A DNA stretch of 27,961 nt from positions 1 to 27,961 of IMG/VR virus record IMGVR_UViG_3300031519_000168. One strand, given 5' to 3'. The position numbers and the translations under genes are program-made. The stretch comes from a virus. Taxonomy: Duplodnaviria; Caudoviricetes. Positions 19,002 through 26,986 of the stretch are shown piece after piece; position 1 is the first letter of the stretch; the number at the start of each line of letters is the position of its first letter. The notes under the pieces are model-generated. The model made no database searches and was not told the origin of the DNA. It saw nothing but the letters and a program-made list of their open reading frames with translations.

Positions 19002-19767
19002 AGGAAAAACAATAGGGTTTTTTGATTTTGATTATAGATCTATTTCAGATAAAATAGGAGTATCAGTATCAGGAGGATCTGACTCTGCTTTAATGTTTTA
19101 TCTTATGGCAAAATATTTGAAGGGAGTAACTTTACAACCATGGAGCTGCGTAGACTTAGCAGAAGATCAGCTAAGATCTAGACCACACACAATAGACGCT
19201 GCGGAAAGAGTAATACAATATGTAAGAGATAAGTTTCCAGACGCAGATATAGCTCCAAGTCATCAATTTGAAATTCATAGAGATGCACCAGGAATGTTAG
19301 CTCAAGCTAAATTAGTTAACGTGCCCGGCTGGAGAAATTATCCGATGATGGATAAAGGTGTTGTAAAAATCTTAAATATGGAAAAGCATAATAAACACGC
19401 GTTTGAAACCGGCATGTACGGTTTACTATGCGGTGGCACTACTATGAATCCTCCTCAAGAAATACTTGATGAGTGGCGTAGAAACGATTCTAAAGTCTAT
19501 TGGGAACCAAGAAGAAGTAGAGAAAATGGCACTCTTTATAATGCCTCTCCTACTTCGCTAAGTCATTATAAACCGTTTGTAAATGTCGATAAAAAGTTCT
19601 TAGCTGATTTATATAGGCAAGAGGGTATTATGGATTTGCATAATATATCTGAAAGCTGCACTGGATTTGCTGCTGATACTAATTGGTTTACAGAACCATG
19701 TAAGAAATGCTTTTGGTGCCATGAAAGATATTGGGCATTTGGATCATATGACGGCGGAAGACAATGA
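18985..19767 (+). CDS. QueC-like PP-loop (adenine nucleotide alpha-hydrolase) ATPase
   Basis: SVSGGSDS PP-loop, KPFVNVDK, and SC...CKKCFWCHERYWAF zinc-site motif. Start is probably GTG 18985 after GAGGTGA rather than 18922. Confidence 0.8.
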   Translation: MKLTVEGKTIGFFDFDYRSISDKIGVSVSGGSDSALMFYLMAKYLKGVTLQPWSCVDLAEDQLRSRPHTIDAAERVIQYVRDKFPDADIAPSHQFEIHRDAPGMLAQAKLVNVPGWRNYPMMDKGVVKILNMEKHNKHAFETGMYGLLCGGTTMNPPQEILDEWRRNDSKVYWEPRRSRENGTLYNASPTSLSHYKPFVNVDKKFLADLYRQEGIMDLHNISESCTGFAADTNWFTEPCKKCFWCHERYWAFGSYDGGRQ

Positions 19768-20510
19768 TACATATACTTACTCTTAAAGTAGGTACTAAGT
19801 ATTCTGTGGACTATGTCAATAGGTTATACAATAGTATTAAAAGAAATACCTCAGAAGAATTTAAACTTTATTGCTATACTGATGATAATAAAGGTGTACA
19901 TTCTGATATAACTGTGATACAATTAGATAATCAACAGCAGTTCAAACTTCAATGGCATAAGATTAAATTCCATAAATCTGGATTTGGTGATATACCTGTA
20001 GGCGATAAGTGTTTAATACTTGATATTGATTGGATCATTACAGGTAACATGAATGATATACTATCTTACGATCTAGGAAAGAATACATTCGGTTGCTTTG
20101 AAAGATGGTGGTCTAACCTAACTCATCTTTGTAAGATCAATGGTGGATTTCAGATGTATCATATGGGAGACACCGATCATCTATGGGAAGAGTTTATAAA
20201 AGATCCAGAGTATTGGCAAGAGTATTTTATAAATAATGGACTAGCACAAGGTCCAGTGAATGGTGAACAAAACTTTATTGATATGCACGTAGGATTAAAT
20301 AGAGAATGGTTGCAACCTACATGGTTCGCAAAGTATCAAGAAGAAAGATTAAGTGATATTCAATTTAACTGGAATAAGTCGTGCGGTATATCAGAGCCAT
20401 TCTTCATGGGCGGTGAGTTTCACGAAGATATTAAAATGGTACACTTCTCAGACTCAGATAACAATATGGAATTAGTAAAGGATGATTGGATTAATGACTA
20501 CTGGTATTAA
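19764..20510 (+). CDS. GT-A fold glycosyltransferase, paralog of 15761-16495
   Basis: LKVGTKYSVDYVNRL...LYCYTDD, WHKI, ILDIDWII (DxD), GEQNFI and MVHF. Confidence 0.88.
   Translation: MIHILTLKVGTKYSVDYVNRLYNSIKRNTSEEFKLYCYTDDNKGVHSDITVIQLDNQQQFKLQWHKIKFHKSGFGDIPVGDKCLILDIDWIITGNMNDILSYDLGKNTFGCFERWWSNLTHLCKINGGFQMYHMGDTDHLWEEFIKDPEYWQEYFINNGLAQGPVNGEQNFIDMHVGLNREWLQPTWFAKYQEERLSDIQFNWNKSCGISEPFFMGGEFHEDIKMVHFSDSDNNMELVKDDWINDYWY
20228..20235 (+). promoter_or_regulatory. Possible internal late promoter
   Basis: Exact TATAAATA inside the GT gene, about 280 nt upstream of the oxygenase-TctA-ATP-grasp block. Confidence 0.35.
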
Positions 20511-20515
20511 GTATA

Positions 20516-21154
20516 ATGACTGATGATGAAAAGGCGCTATTTCGCCTACACACTATGGCAGATTGGGTAGAGTTTAAAGGCTTTAAACAAAAGAAAATGC
20601 TAGAAGAATTAAAGCCATACGATAACGACTGGAAGAGATATAATCCAAAAAAGCCTAATAACCGTTGGGGACTAAGTGTCACGAGCATTGATGGTGGGCT
20701 TTCTGGAATACCAGATCTTACTAGTCTATTAGACTATGAATTACAAACTGGAATATCTTTAAAAAATGAAGATTTGGATGTGCCTACACCTGTGTGGACA
20801 GAAAGCACTGAACTAAAACGATTACTTGAACCGTGGAAAAAATGGGTAACTCGTTGTCATTTCCTACGTATGGACAGAGGTAGTTTTTTTCCTGATCACA
20901 ATGATGTTAACAAACATGATTTTAGCTATGATGAAATTAGATTAGTTGGTTTTGTTGATTGTAATGAGTATAATTTTAAATGGATATACGATGATAAAAT
21001 TATTAAAGGTAACCCAGGTTCTCTTTGGTATTTTAACGGAAACAAAAGACATTCTGTGTTTTCAACGCAGGACGGTGTGATGCTATTGGTTGTTTGTTTA
21101 AAGTGGGATAAAGATTTATTCCTACATATCTTAGATAACAGTAAAGCAAGATAG
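20516..21154 (+). CDS. 2OG-Fe(II) oxygenase, Asp/Asn beta-hydroxylase-like
   Basis: RCHFLRMDRGSFFPDHND (HxD) and GSLWYFNGNKRHSV (distal His). Confidence 0.75.
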   Translation: MTDDEKALFRLHTMADWVEFKGFKQKKMLEELKPYDNDWKRYNPKKPNNRWGLSVTSIDGGLSGIPDLTSLLDYELQTGISLKNEDLDVPTPVWTESTELKRLLEPWKKWVTRCHFLRMDRGSFFPDHNDVNKHDFSYDEIRLVGFVDCNEYNFKWIYDDKIIKGNPGSLWYFNGNKRHSVFSTQDGVMLLVVCLKWDKDLFLHILDNSKAR

Positions 21155-22422
21155 TGTATTCTTTAGTATGGTGTTTATCCGGAGTAGCATCGGGTGTTGT
21201 GTTTGGCATTATACCAGGTGCCGGTCCGTTCTTAGCTATTGCTACAATATATCCGCTACTGCTTAACTTAGATCCGTTCAATATATTAATCTACTATATT
21301 GCTCTTCTTATCACGACAAATTATACTAATAGCGTAACAGCTATTCTTTATGGCATACCTGGAGATCCTACAGCAGTAGTAACAGCACGACACGGTCATG
21401 CATTATTTCTAAAAGGTGAAGGTCACCTTGCAGTGAGTAGTAATGCAGTATCTAGTACAATAGGATCTATCTTTGCGATATCATTATTTCTTTTGTTTCT
21501 ACCAAATATTTACATAGCTTTTCAGTTTTATAATAGTACTATACAACTTGTAGTAATCTCATTAGCCGTAGTTTTATTAACATTACTATCTAAACAGAAA
21601 ATATGGTTAACCATTCCCTTGTTTATATTAGGTGGAGTGCTTGCAAAGATAGGATTTGATAACCTATCATATCAGACGTGGGGAACATTCGGGTTTGAGT
21701 ATTTGACATTAGGTATTCCATTTAGTGCTGTGATGATAGGCTTATATATTATACCTGAGATAATAAAGTTTAGAAATTTAGACATAACTCAACATCAATC
21801 AATTACTAAATTTGGTTATGCTAGAAATACGTTAGGCGCAACATGGGTAGGAAGTTTTGTAGGGTTTTGGTGTGGTCTTATTCCAGGCGTTACTAATATC
21901 TTAGGTAGTTATCTGAGTTCTAATCTCGTTAAGACAGACATAAACAAAATAGCAGCTGCTGAGGCAGCAAATAATAGTGGAGCATTGAGTTCACTATTGC
22001 CATTAATTATTCTTGGAATACCAATCGTAGGTAGCGAGGTATTGATATACTACCTAATCCTAACTAAGGGATTCACTTTTGGAATAGACACATTACCAGT
22101 ATTTTCTGATATACTATATTACATACCTTTAATATTAGGTACATGTCTATTCTTGTCATGGGTGTGTTTTAATCAACTTGGTAGTTTAGCATACCTATAT
22201 AAGAAGTACAAGAATTCCTTTACTATAGGTATAGTATTGTTTATCTCTATCATGAGCATATACATATACCCAGTAAAGGAATGGATGATTATAGCTCTAG
22301 TAATATTAAGTGTATTAGGATATTGCCTAAAGAACTTAGACACGTTTCCTGTGCTATACGGATATTTTTTAACAGATTTATTTTGGGATAACTTAATGCG
22401 AGTCATGGTAATATACGGATGA
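21154..22422 (+). CDS. tctA: Tripartite tricarboxylate transporter permease, TctA-like
   Basis: Polytopic membrane protein with FGIIPGAG, AILYGIPGDPTAVVT, GLIPG and AAAEAANNS...LPLIILGIP motifs. GTG start overlaps the upstream TAG. Confidence 0.88.
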   Translation: MYSLVWCLSGVASGVVFGIIPGAGPFLAIATIYPLLLNLDPFNILIYYIALLITTNYTNSVTAILYGIPGDPTAVVTARHGHALFLKGEGHLAVSSNAVSSTIGSIFAISLFLLFLPNIYIAFQFYNSTIQLVVISLAVVLLTLLSKQKIWLTIPLFILGGVLAKIGFDNLSYQTWGTFGFEYLTLGIPFSAVMIGLYIIPEIIKFRNLDITQHQSITKFGYARNTLGATWVGSFVGFWCGLIPGVTNILGSYLSSNLVKTDINKIAAAEAANNSGALSSLLPLIILGIPIVGSEVLIYYLILTKGFTFGIDTLPVFSDILYYIPLILGTCLFLSWVCFNQLGSLAYLYKKYKNSFTIGIVLFISIMSIYIYPVKEWMIIALVILSVLGYCLKNLDTFPVLYGYFLTDLFWDNLMRVMVIYG

Positions 22423-23576
22423 AGAATTTAATACTAGGATATGAGCGCGGCCGTAACAAATGGGAAACTATTCATAGAGCGCTGTTAGATATAGGTCAAG
22501 ATGCTGATGTAGTGGTAGAGGACTTTGATAAAATAGAAGGGCCATATGATAGAATTATCACTGTAGCAGAAAGTCTATTACCTATTCAAGCTGAGCTAGA
22601 AAAGAAATGGGGTCTTAGTAACCTATCAATAGAATCAGCTAATATTTTATCTGATAAGAAACTAATGGATGATTTTTGTATTAGTATTGGACTAGAGAAT
22701 CTTATACCTGACAGTGTTATACCAAAATCTCCAAGTGATTTAGATATATTTAAAGATAGACCCTTTATAATAAAACCAACAATAGGTTCAGGCACTAAAC
22801 AACACAGATCTTTTGATTACGTAACCTTTAATAATCAACAAGATTTTCTGCAGACTGTTGATGATTCTTTCTTTGAAGATAATAAAAGAGGGTATGATCA
22901 AACCTTATTTAATAATAGAACTAGTTACTATATGGCGCAAGAACAATTGCATATAGAAGCAGATCTCTATGGCCCATATTATTACGGAAAGAATAATATA
23001 CTTTGGGTTAAGTGCAAAATTGCTGTAAATAAAATAGACGAATACAGCTATGAAACTAGATGTTTAAGCTGGATGAGTATTCCTACTAATAGTGTGCCAA
23101 TAGATGTAAGAGCAGAAGCTCAAATGTTTATGGATACAATAACCGATGAATTGCAATTAAAAAATATGTTTTTCTCTGGACCAGATTATTACAAGTGGGG
23201 TTCAAACGTTAAATTGATAGATGCTAATCCAAGGCTTGGCCAGGGTCTTCAGATAATAAACAGCATGCATGACTATACTATTATTCCTAAGATATTATCA
23301 GGAAAACCATTCTCAATTGAAAATCATTTTTTGTGGAAGATTTCTACACTGAAGCCAGGTAGAATAAAGAGTATATCTGATACGTCACACTTGAGCGAGC
23401 ATCTTGCAAGAACGAATAGAAAGGTCAAACCTGGTATGATAATTCCAGAATTTCAGCACACACAAATGGATGGATTTAGAATGGCCTTATACATAAAAGG
23501 CACTAACGAATCAGATATGCTAAAAACATATGAGACCGTTAATGCCCAATTACAAGACTGTATTGAATATTACTGA
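22419..23576 (+). CDS. ATP-grasp ligase
   Basis: SDKKLM, PFIIKPTIGSG, MAQEQL and LIDANPRLG motifs; ATGA overlap with tctA. Confidence 0.82.
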   Translation: MKNLILGYERGRNKWETIHRALLDIGQDADVVVEDFDKIEGPYDRIITVAESLLPIQAELEKKWGLSNLSIESANILSDKKLMDDFCISIGLENLIPDSVIPKSPSDLDIFKDRPFIIKPTIGSGTKQHRSFDYVTFNNQQDFLQTVDDSFFEDNKRGYDQTLFNNRTSYYMAQEQLHIEADLYGPYYYGKNNILWVKCKIAVNKIDEYSYETRCLSWMSIPTNSVPIDVRAEAQMFMDTITDELQLKNMFFSGPDYYKWGSNVKLIDANPRLGQGLQIINSMHDYTIIPKILSGKPFSIENHFLWKISTLKPGRIKSISDTSHLSEHLARTNRKVKPGMIIPEFQHTQMDGFRMALYIKGTNESDMLKTYETVNAQLQDCIEYY

Positions 23577-24364
23577 GTGTTTAACTCAACAGCAGCATTG
23601 ACTTTCTTAACAATAGCTGCAGAGTTTTCAGCGTTTACAACCTGTGTAAGAGTACCATCAAAAGCTGTTTGCCATGCTTCAGTTTCTACTAATGCTTCAA
23701 CAGTTTGACGATATTGTTTAACTGCGTGCTCTTCAGCATTCACTGATAGGATTACGTCAACAAATGCAAAGTCTAAATCACCTTGTGCACTAAACGCAAA
23801 ACACGTACCATCAACTTCTACTTTAGCTTGTTTGGTTTGAGTAGTGAAAATAGTATCAGCATCTTTACCTAGATAACCTCGTACTGTATCACCGCTCCCG
23901 CCATAGGGAACAACGTTAAAAGTAATACCGTTGCTAGTACCTAAGCTATTAACAAACTTTGTAACTGCAGGTGAGTCGCCCCAAGTAGCTAGATTGATTG
24001 ATTGTCCAGCCATTTCTTCTAACGATGAATATGTGCGACTGCACAATATTGTTTCGTATGCTTGAACAGCAACAATAGTATCTGCATCCATTACTACAGC
24101 CGGCAAAGACTCATCGCCTGGCCATTCTGTGCTCCACATAGTTAACACGTTCTTGTTATCAAAATGTGTATTAGCAATTACTGGGTTGCCTGCTTGTACA
24201 AATTTATGATTAAATTGCTCTCCTATCATGGTCAACACTGCCATGAAACCACCGCTGTCACTTCCAGTATTAACAACAGTTGTTACATCATGAGCATATG
24301 CCGATGATGAAGCCATTAACACTCCACTTACTGCTAAAGCACTTACATATTTTTTCATTATCAT
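23570..24364 (-). CDS. Periplasmic solute-binding protein, TctC/Bug-like
   Basis: Sec signal peptide MKKYVSALAVSGVLMASSSAYA; VVPYGGSGDTVRGYLGKDAD resembles the TctC VPYxGxG...LGG motif; near tctA. Confidence 0.7.
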   Translation of the reverse strand: MIMKKYVSALAVSGVLMASSSAYAHDVTTVVNTGSDSGGFMAVLTMIGEQFNHKFVQAGNPVIANTHFDNKNVLTMWSTEWPGDESLPAVVMDADTIVAVQAYETILCSRTYSSLEEMAGQSINLATWGDSPAVTKFVNSLGTSNGITFNVVPYGGSGDTVRGYLGKDADTIFTTQTKQAKVEVDGTCFAFSAQGDLDFAFVDVILSVNAEEHAVKQYRQTVEALVETEAWQTAFDGTLTQVVNAENSAAIVKKVNAAVELNTQ

Positions 24365-24468
24365 TGATCCTTCGATTTATATATTTTGTTTAGTGATACC
24401 GTTTGGTATGCATTATATATACACTTACAAAAGGAAGGTATACTCCCTTCCCTCAGATGTACTCTCTT

Positions 24469-24497
24469 ATTATAACACACTTTGCGTTATTTGTACA
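24469..24497 (-). promoter_or_regulatory. Sigma70/early-type promoter for the TctC-like gene
   Basis: Minus strand reads TGTACA-N17-TATAAT with an extended -10 (TGtTATAAT). Confidence 0.65.
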
Positions 24498-24499
24498 TA

Positions 24500-24551
24500 T
24501 ATAAATAAACTTATATTAAGATATTTATGTAGACTCTAGATTGTATAAATA
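24500..24551 (+). promoter_or_regulatory. Two tandem T4-type late promoters
   Basis: TATAAATA at 24500-24507 and 24544-24551, upstream of the resumed structural genes. Confidence 0.8.
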
Positions 24552-24581
24552 GTTGTAAGAAATCTAATTAGTGAGAATTTG

Positions 24582-24914
24582 ATGGCAGTATACGCAAACA
24601 TTAACGCAGATCAAGGCACAAGCTTCTCTGCAACCGTTGTTGTAACAAGCTCTAACGGAGTGGATGCTGCAGACCTAACAGGTTATACTGCAGCTGCTCA
24701 AGCTCGTCGCACATATACCTCTTCAACATCGTATCCTTTCGTTGCAGTTATTAATACTCCATCACAAGGAATACTAACACTTTCGATGAGTCATACAGTT
24801 ACTGAAACTATGAAGGGTCGATACTTATACGACGTTGAAGTAACTGATGGCTCTGGAACTATAACTAGGGTTATTGAAGGACAGCTCGAAGTTGGTCCTG
24901 GAATAACTAGATAA
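24582..24914 (+). CDS. Small Ig-like/BppU-N-like virion structural protein
   Basis: MAVYANINADQGTSF...DLTGYTAAAQ.R...GRYLYDVEV...TRVIEG....PGITR, a pattern typical of marine T4-like phages. Confidence 0.8.
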   Translation: MAVYANINADQGTSFSATVVVTSSNGVDAADLTGYTAAAQARRTYTSSTSYPFVAVINTPSQGILTLSMSHTVTETMKGRYLYDVEVTDGSGTITRVIEGQLEVGPGITR

Positions 24915-24925
24915 ATAGGCTTATA

Positions 24926-25138
24926 ATGACTGTACTCAAAGGCTCCATATCCCAAAGTAGTAATTTGAGAGTTAAGACTCTTAATCTATCTACCGGCAGG
25001 TTACTAGAATTAACTGACGTGGATCCCGTTGATCTCGGTGACGGTTCAGTCGTAGTATATAATGCAACAAGCGAGAAGTTCGAGATCAGAAGAAGAATGG
25101 AAAACGCTAATACCCGAATAATTGGAGGAACATACTAA
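24926..25138 (+). CDS. Small fibre-associated protein
   Basis: LTDVD..DGSVVVYN...KF motif; preceded by a GATAAATA late-box variant at 24910-24917; stop overlaps the next ATG. Confidence 0.75.
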   Translation: MTVLKGSISQSSNLRVKTLNLSTGRLLELTDVDPVDLGDGSVVVYNATSEKFEIRRRMENANTRIIGGTY

Positions 25139-26748
25139 TGGCAACAGTCATTAAAATTAAAAATACTGACCAGAGTAAGTTGCCAGTAGACGGAAGTAGT
25201 AATCCGGTAATTGCAACTGGCGAGCTAGCTTACTCATCTCAAACACCACCTACACAAGCTAACTACGGTGGCCGACTTTATATCGGTACTGGTGATGATA
25301 GTGGTACAGGCTTCTCGCCAACGTATCAGGTTATTGGTGGCGCATACTTTACTACTATGCTTGATCATGTACACGGAACTGCTACCGCAGCTTCTGCAGT
25401 TATCTTAGATGCTAACAAGAAAATTGACGAATGGAATGTTGATAATCTTGTAATGGATGGCAACACTCTTTCTATCAACCAAACATCAGCTGCTAACGGT
25501 AACTTAACCATCGCTCCTGGTGGTTCTGGTGAGTTAGTAGTAACTGGTCCAGCAACGGTCAATGGTACGTTCGATGTTGTTGGTGTAACTACTTTAACAG
25601 GTGGAGTTGTTGGTACAGCTAACATCGGCTCAGCAACAATGAGCACGACAGGTGAAGCAACATTTGCATCAGCTATTGTTAGTGATCTTACAGCAGGTCG
25701 TGTAACCTTCGCAGGTACTGCAGGCGCACTCGTTGATACTAACAACTTGTTATATAACGTAAGCACTGGTAAGTTAACAGTAACAGGTTCGCTTGACGTT
25801 GATAACGTAAGACTTGATGCTAATACAATTTCTACATTGAGTGGCTCACTACTTATTGCGCCTTCTGCTAATGCTGAAACGATCATCTCTTCTACTTCAG
25901 CTCTTAGAGTTCCAGCTGGTAATTCAAGCGAACGACCAGGAACAGCAGTTACTGGCCAGATTCGTTATAACAGTACAACTACACAGTTCGAAGGATATTC
26001 TAGTTCTGCATGGCAAGGTCTTGGTGGTGTCATTGATGCTGACCAAAACACATATATCATCGCAGCACCTAGTTCTAACCTAACAGTACCTTCAAACCAA
26101 CAAGCAGATACTATCTACTTTGTAACTGGTGGTGCTTATCAAGGTAAGATTGATTCTGCTTCTGGTATGACAATCAACGAAGTTCGTGTTGACGGTTCAA
26201 CTGTTGGTACTACCTCAGGCGATCTTTATTTAGATCCTGGTCACACAGGTTCAGGTTCACCTACTGGTAGCGTTGTAGTATATGGTAACCTTAGTGTTAT
26301 GGGTACTTCAACTACAGTTAATTCAAACACTGTTACTGTTGATGATCCTGTATTTACTTTGGGTGGTGATACTGCTCCAAGTGCTGATGATAACAAAGAT
26401 CGTGGTATTGAGTTTAGATGGCATAACGGTACAGGCGCAAAGGTTGGTTTCTTTGGTTACGACGATTCAGCATCTCGCTTTAAGTTTGTTGCTGATGCGA
26501 CTAACACCTCTGAAGTATTTGCAGGAAGTGCTGGTGATGTAGAATTTGGTAACGCTCTTATCGATTCTATGACCTTGTCAAGTGGCAACTTTGGTGGCGG
26601 CAAATCCGTACCTTGGTTCAATACTTCAGGAGTTATGGGATTCTTAGTAGACGATGCTTCATCTGCATACGGAACTGAAGGTCAAACTCTTCAGACTACT
26701 TCAGACGGAACTCCTTTCTTTGGTCACATTGATTGCGGCACTTACTAA
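25138..26748 (+). CDS. Tail fibre protein with an Mtd-N-like N-terminus
   Basis: MATVIKIK...GELAYS...RLYIG; VPAG...RP...GQIRYN...FEGY...WQGLGGVIDADQ; DNKDRGIEF; C-terminal IDCGTY. Confidence 0.8.
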   Translation: MATVIKIKNTDQSKLPVDGSSNPVIATGELAYSSQTPPTQANYGGRLYIGTGDDSGTGFSPTYQVIGGAYFTTMLDHVHGTATAASAVILDANKKIDEWNVDNLVMDGNTLSINQTSAANGNLTIAPGGSGELVVTGPATVNGTFDVVGVTTLTGGVVGTANIGSATMSTTGEATFASAIVSDLTAGRVTFAGTAGALVDTNNLLYNVSTGKLTVTGSLDVDNVRLDANTISTLSGSLLIAPSANAETIISSTSALRVPAGNSSERPGTAVTGQIRYNSTTTQFEGYSSSAWQGLGGVIDADQNTYIIAAPSSNLTVPSNQQADTIYFVTGGAYQGKIDSASGMTINEVRVDGSTVGTTSGDLYLDPGHTGSGSPTGSVVVYGNLSVMGTSTTVNSNTVTVDDPVFTLGGDTAPSADDNKDRGIEFRWHNGTGAKVGFFGYDDSASRFKFVADATNTSEVFAGSAGDVEFGNALIDSMTLSSGNFGGGKSVPWFNTSGVMGFLVDDASSAYGTEGQTLQTTSDGTPFFGHIDCGTY

Positions 26749-26761
26749 AATTATGGTAATC

Positions 26762-26790
26762 AGGACTCAGGATAAATAAGCCTGAGTCCT
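26762..26790 (+). promoter_or_regulatory. Perfect 10-bp inverted repeat with a late-promoter-like box in its loop
   Basis: AGGACTCAGG-ATAAATAAG-CCTGAGTCCT; GATAAATA at 26771-26778. Confidence 0.7.
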
Positions 26791-26810
26791 ATAACAACTT
26801 GAGGTATATA

Positions 26811-26978
26811 ATGGATCAAGAATTAATGAACGTCTATATCAATAAACAGAATAGACTAATTGGCGATTTGATTAATAAGAATTTGATGTTAGATTCACAA
26901 TTAGAAATTGCAAACCAAAAGATTGCAAAGTTATCTGAAGATGTGGATAAGACAAAAGAAGATACACCATATAAGTAG
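26811..26978 (+). CDS. 55-aa coiled-coil protein missing from the ORF track
   Basis: GAGG Shine-Dalgarno at 26801. Reads MDQELMNVYINKQNRLIGDLINKNLMLDSQLEIANQKIAKLSEDVDKTKEDTPYK* and fills the gap between two fibre genes. Confidence 0.8.
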   Translation: MDQELMNVYINKQNRLIGDLINKNLMLDSQLEIANQKIAKLSEDVDKTKEDTPYK

Positions 26979-26986
26979 GGTTTCCG

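Noticed and set aside
17075-19767. 7-deazaguanine DNA-modification cluster (queE/queC)
   Set aside because: The radical SAMs are SPASM/twitch-type rather than QueE-like, and no queD, folE or dpdA is present here.
21154-24364. Host contamination or chimeric join
   Set aside because: Genes overlap seamlessly with the island and are flanked by phage late promoters and structural genes; read-level confirmation is still advisable.
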